Virus record (IMG/VR): IMGVR_UViG_3300029427_000006
DNA from: a virus
Reading direction: 5' to 3' (one strand)
DNA: 45,441 bases
Position numbers and translations under genes: made by a program. Below the pieces are notes generated by a model. It did no database searches, was not told where the DNA came from, and saw nothing but the letters and a program-made list of their open reading frames with translations. Shown here in pieces: positions 18,130-25,708 of the stretch (its first letter is position 1; each line of letters starts with the position of its first letter).

Positions 18130-18578
18130 TCTTCCGCACCTCCGTTCCACGGCGTTTCCTCCATCTCTTCTGCCGTCGGCTTGCGCAGCCAGCAGCGCCA
18201 ACGCCTGCCGTATATTTTTGAAATGTTTAATTTTAAATCAACATTTCCATTACCGACATACAAAAAATCGTTTTCTGCATATGCCGGTTCACCTTCACTC
18301 TCAAATCGATTCTCGTTCCATAAAAAACCAGCATGATTTTTTAGCTCTTCCAGCGTCAGAACGCGGTTCTTCGGCTCGGCGCGGCGCGACGACACAGCTT
18401 GCAGCCGTTCTATAATTTCGTCATTCGACGTGCCGCCGGAAAACTCTATGCGCGGCGATGTGCTCTCACACGTCATGCACTTATACTGCGCAGATAAAAG
18501 CCCCCAATCGGGTGTAGTCAGAGAGACGCGGATTTTCATTTCGTCTCCGCAATATGGGCATTTAGGCGTTTCGCTCAT
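18126..18578 (-). CDS. Lar-like Zn-ribbon N-terminus fused to the WRCWLRKPT C-terminal module
   Basis: PKCPYCGDEM...CMTCES, then NRVLTLEE...RRWRCWLRKPTAEEMEETPW. RBS GAGGGAAAGAGCG-ATG. Confidence 0.6.
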   Translation of the reverse strand: MSETPKCPYCGDEMKIRVSLTTPDWGLLSAQYKCMTCESTSPRIEFSGGTSNDEIIERLQAVSSRRAEPKNRVLTLEELKNHAGFLWNENRFESEGEPAYAENDFLYVGNGNVDLKLNISKIYGRRWRCWLRKPTAEEMEETPWNGGAEE

Positions 18579-18744
18579 CGCTCTTTCCCTCTCTTTCCGC
18601 TTCAAGCTGTTCGATGTAGGCGAGCGCGTCTATCATCATGGTCTCGACACATCGTTCATAATCGTTGTATGGGCATTGACTGCTGCAATTACCTTTTTTG
18701 CAAATGCTTGCGTAATACTTTAGCTCGTCAGGTGTTGCTTTCAT
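18562..18744 (-). CDS. Small Cys-rich protein (third copy of the C..C..C...AxDxL..L.AE module)
   Basis: 60 aa. ICKKGNCSSQCPYNDYERC...DALAYIEQLEAE. Confidence 0.5.
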   Translation of the reverse strand: MKATPDELKYYASICKKGNCSSQCPYNDYERCVETMMIDALAYIEQLEAEREGKSDERNA

Positions 18745-19007
18745 CGTTCTTCCTCCGTTTCTGTTTCTTCTCGCCCTTTACACTTCTCGGATTTAAGTTG
18801 CAAAACCAGGCTTACAAGCTCCTTATTCGTCACATTCTCATTGCCAAATAAGGATTTTTTAAGTTGACGGCAAGTTTTAATCGCCGAAATCGCCGTTCGT
18901 TGCCGCTCAATCCACTCGTCACAGGCGGCGGCTCGATTGGCGTTTATCGGGCTTTCCTTTCCCGGTAGACAATAATCACTTATTTCAGTTCCTCCACATA
19001 GTACCAA
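18741..19007 (-). CDS. Hypothetical protein (start uncertain)
   Basis: Tracked ORF with a TTG start and no clear RBS. It overlaps the ASCH gene end by 28 nt. Confidence 0.35.
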   Translation of the reverse strand: MVLCGGTEISDYCLPGKESPINANRAAACDEWIERQRTAISAIKTCRQLKKSLFGNENVTNKELVSLVLQLKSEKCKGREETETEEER

Positions 19008-19549
19008 CTCTGGGGCGGGCGTTTGATTTCAACAGGCGCATATCCAAATTTCGTTTTCCGCAACCCCTTGAATTTACTCAGCGGCTTCGGCGTATCGTAG
19101 ATTTCCATTTTTGAAATGTGCCACTTGTACAAATCATTGCAATTCCACCATTTTTTGCCTTTCCACCCTGCATAATCTTTAATCTGCTCTGATGTTAGGC
19201 TAGTCCCCAGCAAGGCTTTTTCTGCATCTTCCTTTACGATAAAACTTTCTGCCATAAGTGGGCGGATATTGTCACACACAAATTCCCCGGCAACATGCCC
19301 GTTGAAAACGTCCCAGGTTCTATCTGCTTCTGCTCTGCCATACCCCAAAAGACGGGTAAACTCCGTAAACCAATCACCCCGGAAAACATCACCCCACACA
19401 AGGAACGGCCTTGTGTTTGTGCAGTATATATAGCACTTGAAAGGCGTGTCCAAATATGGCTTTGTCTTGCGAACCTCGACGGTCTTTATCTCGTTGGCAA
19501 TCTTCTCCACCCACTCAGGGCGGATGCTGATAAGTACCGCTTTAGCCAT
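18980..19549 (-). CDS. ASCH (PUA-like) domain protein
   Basis: MAKAVLISIRPEWVEKIANEIKTVEVRKTKP resembles the ASCH N-terminus. The ATG at 19549 follows GGAGGG. The tracked longer N-terminus overlaps the lar-like gene. Confidence 0.6.
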   Translation of the reverse strand: MAKAVLISIRPEWVEKIANEIKTVEVRKTKPYLDTPFKCYIYCTNTRPFLVWGDVFRGDWFTEFTRLLGYGRAEADRTWDVFNGHVAGEFVCDNIRPLMAESFIVKEDAEKALLGTSLTSEQIKDYAGWKGKKWWNCNDLYKWHISKMEIYDTPKPLSKFKGLRKTKFGYAPVEIKRPPQSWYYVEELK

Positions 19550-19820
19550 TTTCAGCCCTCCGGTTCCATGCTTCAGTAGCTTGTTCTTCCGTGTCGTAAA
19601 TATACACACGGCCCAAAATCCCGCCATCGCACTCATAGCTTGCAATCGGGCATTCCGGGTTTTCCTCGTGAGCGTGGTGAAGCATAAAGCCAAGCCCACT
19701 ATAGGGATGTTCTCTATATGCCTCATCATGCAGATTTCCTTCGTCATCGCACAGAACAAGGCTAACTTTACCACCACAAAACGGGCAGGGCTTCAATTTG
19801 ATCTCATCAGGCGTTTTCAT
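19542..19820 (-). CDS. Lar-family restriction-alleviation-like protein
   Basis: LKPCPFCGG near the N-terminus and TEAWNRRA near the C-terminus are hallmarks of the Lar family. ATGA overlap with the upstream gene. Confidence 0.65.
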   Translation of the reverse strand: MKTPDEIKLKPCPFCGGKVSLVLCDDEGNLHDEAYREHPYSGLGFMLHHAHEENPECPIASYECDGGILGRVYIYDTEEQATEAWNRRAENG

Positions 19821-20131
19821 TGCTTTTCCTCCTTCGGCGGCTCCGGCTCCTTCGCGTCCTTCTCCGCCGTCAGCTTTTCCAGCATGTCGGCAGCTTGCCG
19901 ATTTGCTTCTTTTCTGTCGCATTTATTTTTCAAATTCACAGCACAGTCGGCGCATTTATGCTCGTCGCCTGCGCCGCACCTCAGGATTTTCACCAGTTCC
20001 GACACTTCGTATCTGTTTCCCGCATACTTGCACACCTCCGGGTGTTCGCACGTCGGACACACATCGCCGCGATACGGGCACTCGCCATTGGTGCAGACAC
20101 CTTCAAAATCGGCGTACCATTTGCATTTCAT
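19817..20131 (-). CDS. Cys-rich protein (CKWY...VCTNGECPY module), paralog of 16977..17300
   Basis: ATGA overlap with the MazG-like stop. Ends ...AADMLEKLTAEKDAKEPEPPKEEKQ. Confidence 0.6.
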   Translation of the reverse strand: MKCKWYADFEGVCTNGECPYRGDVCPTCEHPEVCKYAGNRYEVSELVKILRCGAGDEHKCADCAVNLKNKCDRKEANRQAADMLEKLTAEKDAKEPEPPKEEKQ

Positions 20132-20490
20132 TTTCCGTGCCTCCACTCTCTCCCTCGGTTAATCTCCATCTTCGCCCGCACCGCCTTGTCAATGTCGATG
20201 CCCAGATACCCGGCGGCAGACAGCGCCGTGATGATAACGTCTGCCAGCTCTTCACGGAAGTGATCTGTGTCTTCCGTCGCAAAGATAAGCTCGCGAATTT
20301 CCATCGAAATGAACAAAGCAGCAATCACGTTCTTTCTAGTTTCGTCGCTGTTTGCATAAGTAATCACGTCAGCTATGCCGCTTTTTCTGAAATCCTCATT
20401 CGTTGCTATCAGCTTCCAAACATGCATTTCGTCCCACAGCCCATGTTTCACCGCGTCATCGTAGATTTCATCGCGCAATTCGTTCAGCAT
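20128..20490 (-). CDS. MazG-like nucleotide pyrophosphohydrolase
   Basis: EIRELIFATED...REELADVIITAL...GIDIDKAVRAKMEINRGR (all-alpha NTP-PPase pattern). RBS GGAGGGAAAGAGC-ATG. Confidence 0.7.
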   Translation of the reverse strand: MLNELRDEIYDDAVKHGLWDEMHVWKLIATNEDFRKSGIADVITYANSDETRKNVIAALFISMEIRELIFATEDTDHFREELADVIITALSAAGYLGIDIDKAVRAKMEINRGREWRHGK

Positions 20491-20504
20491 GCTCTTTCCC
20501 TCCA

Positions 20505-20957
20505 TCAAAACGGCAATTCTTCGTCGTCCACCTGCGTGAACCCGCCAAAATCGTTGTGTGGTTGCGGCGCATAGGCCGTCCCGCTGTCTTTGCTCGCCGC
20601 CGTCGTGTATGCCCCCGGCGCGCTCTGTGTGCTGCCCTGCTGGTTCTGCGACAGGAATTCCACCTCGTCGGCGACGATATCCCATGCCGTCCGCTTGCTT
20701 CCGTCCTTCGCCTCGTAGGTTCGGGTCTGGATGCTTCCCGTCACGGCCACTTTGCGCCCTTTGACAAGATACTTGCCGCACAGCTCGGCCAACTGCCGCC
20801 ACGCGATGACGTTCAAAAAATCCGTTTCCTGCTCGCCGTTCGCGTTTTTAAACCGCCGATTGACCGCAATCGCGAAGTTACAGACCGCAACGCCGCTCTG
20901 CGTGGATCGCATTTCCGGGTCTTTCGTCAAATTTCCGATTAGAAAAACCTTATTCAC
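20505..20957 (-). CDS. ssb: Single-stranded DNA-binding protein
   Basis: VNKVFLIGNLTKDPE OB-fold N-terminus and acidic tail DDEELPF. GTG start after GGAGGG. Confidence 0.9.
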   Translation of the reverse strand: MNKVFLIGNLTKDPEMRSTQSGVAVCNFAIAVNRRFKNANGEQETDFLNVIAWRQLAELCGKYLVKGRKVAVTGSIQTRTYEAKDGSKRTAWDIVADEVEFLSQNQQGSTQSAPGAYTTAASKDSGTAYAPQPHNDFGGFTQVDDEELPF

Positions 20958-21328
20958 GCTTTTCCCTCCAAGTATTTTTTTATACATTCCGCAGCTTCGT
21001 ACCATCCCCGGCACACCGCCGCGCAATAGCCTTGTTTTTGCAGATCATGCAGCCATAGCTTTTGACAATCGCTGACCGTTCCGCCCTTCGTCCTCTTCAT
21101 TTCGACAAAAAGCCCGTGAAACTCTCCGCGCGGGACAGGCAGGAAGATGTCAGGCACTCCGCTTTTTAGCCCCTCAGCTTTCATTCTGCCGCCCGTCATC
21201 CAGCTTCGTTTCCCCTCGTTTGGGATGTGGAACATCAGCGCAAGCTCTGGGTATTTTCCGCTCTGCATCGCCGCCCAGCGAAAAAGGGTCTGCTGCTCTT
21301 CGGATTCAGTCGGCACTTGCTTTTTCAT
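20954..21328 (-). CDS. VRR-NUC domain nuclease
   Basis: EEQQTLFRWA...GVPDIFLPVPRG..GLFVEMKRTKGG.SDCQKLW matches the VRR-NUC pattern. Confidence 0.75.
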   Translation of the reverse strand: MKKQVPTESEEQQTLFRWAAMQSGKYPELALMFHIPNEGKRSWMTGGRMKAEGLKSGVPDIFLPVPRGEFHGLFVEMKRTKGGTVSDCQKLWLHDLQKQGYCAAVCRGWYEAAECIKKYLEGKA

Positions 21329-21340
21329 GCTTTTCCTCCG

Positions 21341-22147
21341 TCAGCATAGCGTCATCGCCTCCTGAACAGGCGGCCGCTTTTTCTCCGGCTTTTCGGGCGC
21401 ATATTTATTCAAAAAGTAAATCTGTCCCTTCGGCGTGATGACGGTCGTCGAGCTGATAAACGTCTTTTCTGCGCTGCTGACCGTCCGCTCGATGCTCCGC
21501 ATCAGCCCCATGTCCACGCTTCTCTGTGTCGGTGCGTTCTGGTCTTTGGCGTTGGCCTTAATCACAAAGCCGTCGCGCCGCAGCAGATCGTACAGCCTCT
21601 TTTCCCCGGTTTCGTATCCCCTCTGCACCATCAGCTTCGCGAGCTGCCGGACGAGAATATCCCCTTCCGCCTTCTCCACCGTCTCGGCGAACAGCACCTT
21701 CGGAGCGTCGGCCTGAATCTTTGCGTTCGCCGCTTCAAGCTGTTTGTTCCGCTCGGCAATCTTGCGCTGTGCAACCATCAGAGCGTTGGCTAAGAGCTGG
21801 TCGTCGTCCATCATCTCCTGACCGGCAATGTAGCCACCGGTCTTGCGGATGCTCGGGATGACCTCGTCAAACACCCAGCTCTCAAATTTCTCCGCTTCCG
21901 GGAGCTTGCTGTGGGTGATAAGGCGATAAACGTCGCCCTCTGGGATGAAATTGATTTCCTGCATCTTGCCGCTGATAGGGGTACTGTGTTTCACCGTAGC
22001 CCTGCAATGCGCGGCAATCGCATCATTAGGCCGTGCATATCCCAGCGCCTTGGCCACATCCGAGCCGCAAAATAGCGTCCTTCCGTCCTCCTCCAGCACT
22101 CGCACCGTGCCGAACTCATCCTTGCGGAAAATCGTCACATCGTTCAT
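21341..22147 (-). CDS. Antirepressor (Bro-N + KilAC/ANT domains)
   Basis: MNDVTIFRKDEFGTVRVLEEDG..FCGSDVAKALGY (Bro-N). The C-terminal part is KilAC-like. ATG at 22147 follows GGAGGA; 22165 is an alternative start. Confidence 0.8.
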   Translation of the reverse strand: MNDVTIFRKDEFGTVRVLEEDGRTLFCGSDVAKALGYARPNDAIAAHCRATVKHSTPISGKMQEINFIPEGDVYRLITHSKLPEAEKFESWVFDEVIPSIRKTGGYIAGQEMMDDDQLLANALMVAQRKIAERNKQLEAANAKIQADAPKVLFAETVEKAEGDILVRQLAKLMVQRGYETGEKRLYDLLRRDGFVIKANAKDQNAPTQRSVDMGLMRSIERTVSSAEKTFISSTTVITPKGQIYFLNKYAPEKPEKKRPPVQEAMTLC

Positions 22148-22161
22148 GGTCTGTTCCTCCG

Positions 22162-23409
22162 TCATTGCATTTCTGAAAATCTCATGGTCGCGCCGTCAAA
22201 ATACAGCGTAATCCTTCCGCATCGACCACCCCGATTTTTGTCCAGAAACAGCTTCCTTTCCGGGTCGTCCTTGTCGTTCGGCGCATGCAGCAGAAGTACC
22301 GCGTCTGCGTCCTGCTCGATGCTGCCGGATTCGCGGAGGTCTGACAGTTTCGGCTCGTCGTTCCGCTCGCTCGCGCGGTTGAGCTGTGAAGCGGTCAAAA
22401 CCGGGATTTTTAGCTCCATCGCAAGCGCCTTTAGCCCTCTCGTGACAACTCCGACTGCTTCCGCACGGTTGTTTGTCTTCTGTCCTGCATCAAGCAGCTG
22501 CAAGTAATCAGCCACGATCAAATCAAGCCCGCCATGTGCTCGCGTCCTCAGCGCCATTCGGCGAATATCCTGCACGGTTCGCGCCCGTTCGCTGATGCAG
22601 AACCTCTCTGACGGGATTTCTGCAAAGCTGTCAGCGACTTTGATGATCTCGTCTTCCGTCAGGCTGTGGCGTTCGATTTTGTCCACCGAGACGCCGCTTT
22701 TCTGCGCCACAACACGCCCGACGACCTCGTCCGCGCCCATCTCGCAAGATACCAACAGGATTCTTCTGCCTGCGTCCAGCGCTCGAACGGCCATATGCAG
22801 CAGGAGCGCAGACTTGCCGACGGAAGGCCGTGCGCCGACAACAATCAGCTTCCCTCCCGCAATCAGCAAGGATTGATCGAGCTTCGGAAACCCTGTCTTT
22901 GCGATGGGTTCAACCGCTCCGCTCGTGAGTCGTGTATAAAAGCCGCAAAGCGCGTCTGTGCCGCTGATAATGTCTCCGTCGTCTGTTTGTCCGCCCAACT
23001 CGTTTAGACGCACCACCGCGCCGTTGAGCAGCTCCGACGTGGATATCTCGCCATCGTTCGCGCTCTTGACTGTATCCAGACACGTCTTGATAAGCGCTTT
23101 CCGCATTGCCGCTTCCCGGATATTCCGTGCCTGCTGTTCGGCAAGCGCCGTTGTGACGGTTTCCGTGGCGACAACGATAGCCTGTTCAAGGTCGTCGTCA
23201 GAAATCACGCCTTCAAGCGTCGGGATATCGCATGGACGGCCTTGCCTCTCAAGCGCAAGCGCGGCCTCAAAAATTCGGCGGCAGAACGGGATTGTGAACC
23301 ATTCGGCTTTAAGCCCGGAATCGCTTGCCTTTGTGTCGCCCTTGATGATTGCGCCGCAAAATTCGCGCTCAGAGATCTCTTTGGTGAGACTTTGGTACGG
23401 ATCGTCCAT
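22162..23409 (-). CDS. dnaB: Replicative DNA helicase (DnaB-like)
   Basis: Walker A GARPSVGKSALLL, then LLVSCEM, IVADYLQLL and SQLNR motifs. Confidence 0.85.
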   Translation of the reverse strand: MDDPYQSLTKEISEREFCGAIIKGDTKASDSGLKAEWFTIPFCRRIFEAALALERQGRPCDIPTLEGVISDDDLEQAIVVATETVTTALAEQQARNIREAAMRKALIKTCLDTVKSANDGEISTSELLNGAVVRLNELGGQTDDGDIISGTDALCGFYTRLTSGAVEPIAKTGFPKLDQSLLIAGGKLIVVGARPSVGKSALLLHMAVRALDAGRRILLVSCEMGADEVVGRVVAQKSGVSVDKIERHSLTEDEIIKVADSFAEIPSERFCISERARTVQDIRRMALRTRAHGGLDLIVADYLQLLDAGQKTNNRAEAVGVVTRGLKALAMELKIPVLTASQLNRASERNDEPKLSDLRESGSIEQDADAVLLLHAPNDKDDPERKLFLDKNRGGRCGRITLYFDGATMRFSEMQ

Positions 23410-24142
23410 AGCTCATCCCTCCCACGCTGTCAGGCGGTTTGTCCGCCCATGTGTATCCTCGCTCTTTCTCCTTGCGAAGAATGCCCTCGACATACCGCCA
23501 ACATCGGCTTTTTTCCGTCGCCCCTTGGGTTCTGCTTATGGCTTTCAGCAGATTTTCAGCTCCGTATTCAGCCCTGAGTCTGTCCATCGCGTCAAAGTCG
23601 CCCGAAGCACTGGCGGGTAAACCCATGCGCTTTGCAACAGCCTCCACGTCTGCCTGTTCTTCCCGCATTCGCCGCGGTTCGTCGTCCGTCACGTCGTCGT
23701 AGGGGTTTGGGGTTACGTAACCACCACCAATATTCTTTTCTTGTTCTTTTACTTGTTCTTGTTCTTGTATATATGCGTTTTGCTTGACGTTGCTTTCGTC
23801 TGCTTCCGGTTGCTTGGCTTTGCTTGGCTTTGCTTGGCTTTGTTTCAATGTGCTTGCGTTTGCTTCCGTCTGCTTGACGTTGCTTTCGTCTGCTTCCGGT
23901 TGCTTGGCACTTCCGCCTTTCTTCCCGCTTGCTTTCTTTGCTTCCAAGGATTCAGCGCACTGGTCGATCTTAAATTGAAGCGTGTCCCAGACATACCATT
24001 CCGGCGCGTTCTCGTCAAACGTCGGCAACTCGCCACGGTAGGCATAGGCCATCATGGCCATAAAAAGCCGTCCGCGCTGTGCGTCATCATATCGTTTGAG
24101 AAGGACTTCGATGTCCGGGAAAACCTTCAGGTAATCCAGCAT
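23369..24142 (-). CDS. Replication initiator / replisome organizer (DnaD-like C-terminus) with internal repeat array
   Basis: Located upstream of dnaB. C-terminal AENLLKAISRTQGATEKSRCWRYVEGILRKE is DnaD-like. The centre is low-complexity with a KQ........ x4 pattern. Confidence 0.6.
   Translation of the reverse strand: MLDYLKVFPDIEVLLKRYDDAQRGRLFMAMMAYAYRGELPTFDENAPEWYVWDTLQFKIDQCAESLEAKKASGKKGGSAKQPEADESNVKQTEANASTLKQSQAKPSKAKQPEADESNVKQNAYIQEQEQVKEQEKNIGGGYVTPNPYDDVTDDEPRRMREEQADVEAVAKRMGLPASASGDFDAMDRLRAEYGAENLLKAISRTQGATEKSRCWRYVEGILRKEKERGYTWADKPPDSVGGMSYGRSVPKSHQRDL
23781..23910. repeat. 13 consecutive 10-bp units TGCTTnnnnT; includes a 38-bp exact repeat at 23781-23818 and 23871-23908
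   Basis: Read directly. Every 10th base restarts with tgctt (one unit has tgttt). Confidence 0.9.
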
Positions 24143-24170
24143 TCTTTTTCCCCTTTCTACTTAAAGTAAA

Positions 24171-24202
24171 TGGCGGCAAGCCCCGGAATCGAACCGGGCG
24201 GC
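24171..24202 (-). other. Orphan tRNA 3'-half-like element (T-arm + acceptor strand + CCA)
   Basis: Minus strand reads gccgCCCGGTTCGATTCCGGGgcttgccgCCA. No matching D-arm, anticodon arm or 5' acceptor strand lies upstream. Confidence 0.35.
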
Positions 24203-24352
24203 GCGGGCAAGGTGCTTCGCGTTAATTTTGTATGAGGAGGGAAGGAAAGGAAGAAACCTTGACGAATAGGGGGGGTGTTGCACCCGCGCGATGCCTTCCA
24301 TGCTTGCCATAAGTGCCGCCGTTTTGCCCCGGCGGCTAGGCTGTCTGTGAAA

Positions 24353-24558
24353 CGTCTTTTATTTGCCGTCTTTCCGGCTGCCAGAAAAAATGGTGTGCGG
24401 TCTTTCCCGCCGTCAGAATGTGAAAAAACAGTTTTGTCTTTCTGCCGTCTCTCCGGCTGTCAATTTTTTGATCGTCTTTCCGATCTGCCGATGCTAAAGG
24501 ACACGTTCTTCGTCTTTCCGAAGCGCCAGAAATGAAATGTGCGGTGCCCGTCTTTCCG
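24353..24558 (+). repeat. Iteron-like array of CGTCTTTCCG (4 exact and at least 3 degenerate copies)
   Basis: Exact copies start at 24367, 24473, 24511 and 24549; the last three are 38 bp apart. Variants start at 24353, 24399, 24435 and 24446. Confidence 0.85.
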
Positions 24559-24751
24559 AGCAGCCAGTATGATCATAATTTGCCCTTGCTCCAATATCCT
24601 CCCTTCTGTTGGAGCTTTCGCCGTTTCAAGCAGTTCCTTCGTGCTTGACTTTACCAAACTTCTTCTGCTTGGCGCGCGGCGGTATCGACCAGCCCCTTCT
24701 TCTTGGCGCTGCTTGCCGCCTTGAAGCCGCTCTCCTGAGCTGCGCACCATG

Positions 24752-24780
24752 CGCAAGGGTTTAGCCCTTGCGGTTTTTTT
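24752..24780 (+). terminator. Plus-oriented intrinsic-terminator-like hairpin abutting the recT stop
   Basis: cgcaaggg-tttag-cccttgcg, then g and T7 on the plus strand. On the minus strand the A-run precedes the stem. Confidence 0.4.
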
Positions 24781-25705
24781 ATTGTTCCTTGTCTTCGGGC
24801 GCGTTCTCCGGCGCGTCATGTGCCGCTCCCGTGTCCGTTACGTCTACGATGCCATCAGGCAGCGGGGATTCATCATCGACCAGCCCTGCGCTTATATCAT
24901 GCGCCGCTTTCAGTGCGGCGGGGGATGCGCTCTTGTAGTCGATGGACATAACGCCCCAGCGTCCGAGCAAGCGGCGCATGACGGTTTTTCGCGCCATAGC
25001 GTCCCAGTCGTCGCGCCAGCCTTTGCCCTGAGTCTTTCCCTTGCGGTTTTTTGCCTCGTGGGCTTCAATCTGCTGAACGCTCATGTATACCGTCTTCTCC
25101 GTGCCGTTCACAAGGCGGTAGTAGCCGACATAGCCGATGATCGGCAGTTTCTCGCGCTCCGCCTCGTCCTGTTCCCAGCGGAACTCAAAGTCTTCGGTCA
25201 ATCTGTCGCAGGAGATCAGCTCTCCCTCACGCACATCCATGACGTTCAGCCGCTTGTATGCTCCGGTTCTGAGCGCAAGCTGAATCATACCCTTATAACC
25301 AAGGATAAACTGCGCTTCCGGAATCTTGATCCAGTTTCCGTCATCCGTCTTTTTGCTGTTGTTGAACGGCACGATGTAGGCGAAGCCGAGCGCGTTATCA
25401 ACCGGAAGGTCATAACTTGCGGCCTTGAGCGCCGCCTGAATGACCGTCTGCGGGGCTTGGCGAACCGCCGCCGTCAGGTTTGCATCCGCATTGCAAAGTG
25501 TGATGACCGCCGAGATAAATTGCGGTGCTCGATCGCCCAGCAAATCGTTCAGGCGTTTTTTGTAGCCCTCGGAGTCGAACATGCCGTTCAGAATTTGGTT
25601 GACTGTTCTCGCTGCAACGGGTGCGGTCGTGGTCGCCGCGACGGGTGCGCGGCTGGCGGTTGCGTTTGTGATAATTCCCGCCGTGTTTCTCGCTTGTCTT
25701 TCCAT
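24779..25705 (-). CDS. recT: RecT-family single-strand annealing protein
   Basis: GYKGMIQLALRTGAYK and surrounding sequence are typical of RecT. It is paired with the upstream exonuclease. Confidence 0.9.
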   Translation of the reverse strand: MERQARNTAGIITNATASRAPVAATTTAPVAARTVNQILNGMFDSEGYKKRLNDLLGDRAPQFISAVITLCNADANLTAAVRQAPQTVIQAALKAASYDLPVDNALGFAYIVPFNNSKKTDDGNWIKIPEAQFILGYKGMIQLALRTGAYKRLNVMDVREGELISCDRLTEDFEFRWEQDEAEREKLPIIGYVGYYRLVNGTEKTVYMSVQQIEAHEAKNRKGKTQGKGWRDDWDAMARKTVMRRLLGRWGVMSIDYKSASPAALKAAHDISAGLVDDESPLPDGIVDVTDTGAAHDAPENAPEDKEQ

Positions 25706-25708
25706 CTC

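Noticed and set aside
20128-20802. Long N-terminal extensions of tracked minus-strand ORFs. Examples: 20128..20802, 18980..19777, 16372..17112, 10134..10994, 8314..8946, 19542..19922, 26666..27007.
   Set aside because: The extensions run through the preceding gene in another frame. Each has an internal ATG or GTG preceded by a GGAGG-type RBS at or near the upstream stop, and recognisable domains begin only after that start. They were trimmed accordingly.
23781-24558. Possible CRISPR array, suggested by the dense direct repeats.
   Set aside because: The repeat units are only 10 bp. One array is contiguous with no spacers, and the other has irregular 32-38-bp spacing with degenerate copies. 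There is no repeat of 24-40 bp and there are no cas genes. They are better explained as iterons or phased binding sites.
24560-24778. A hidden small gene, or a frameshifted C-terminal extension of RecT, in the spacer. A protein-like frame reads ..AAQESGFKAASSAKKKGLVDTAARQAEEVW.
   Set aside because: There is no start codon with an RBS and no convincing slippery site at the recT stop (CAA TAA AAA AAC). The stretch is short, so this is left as unexplained non-coding sequence.
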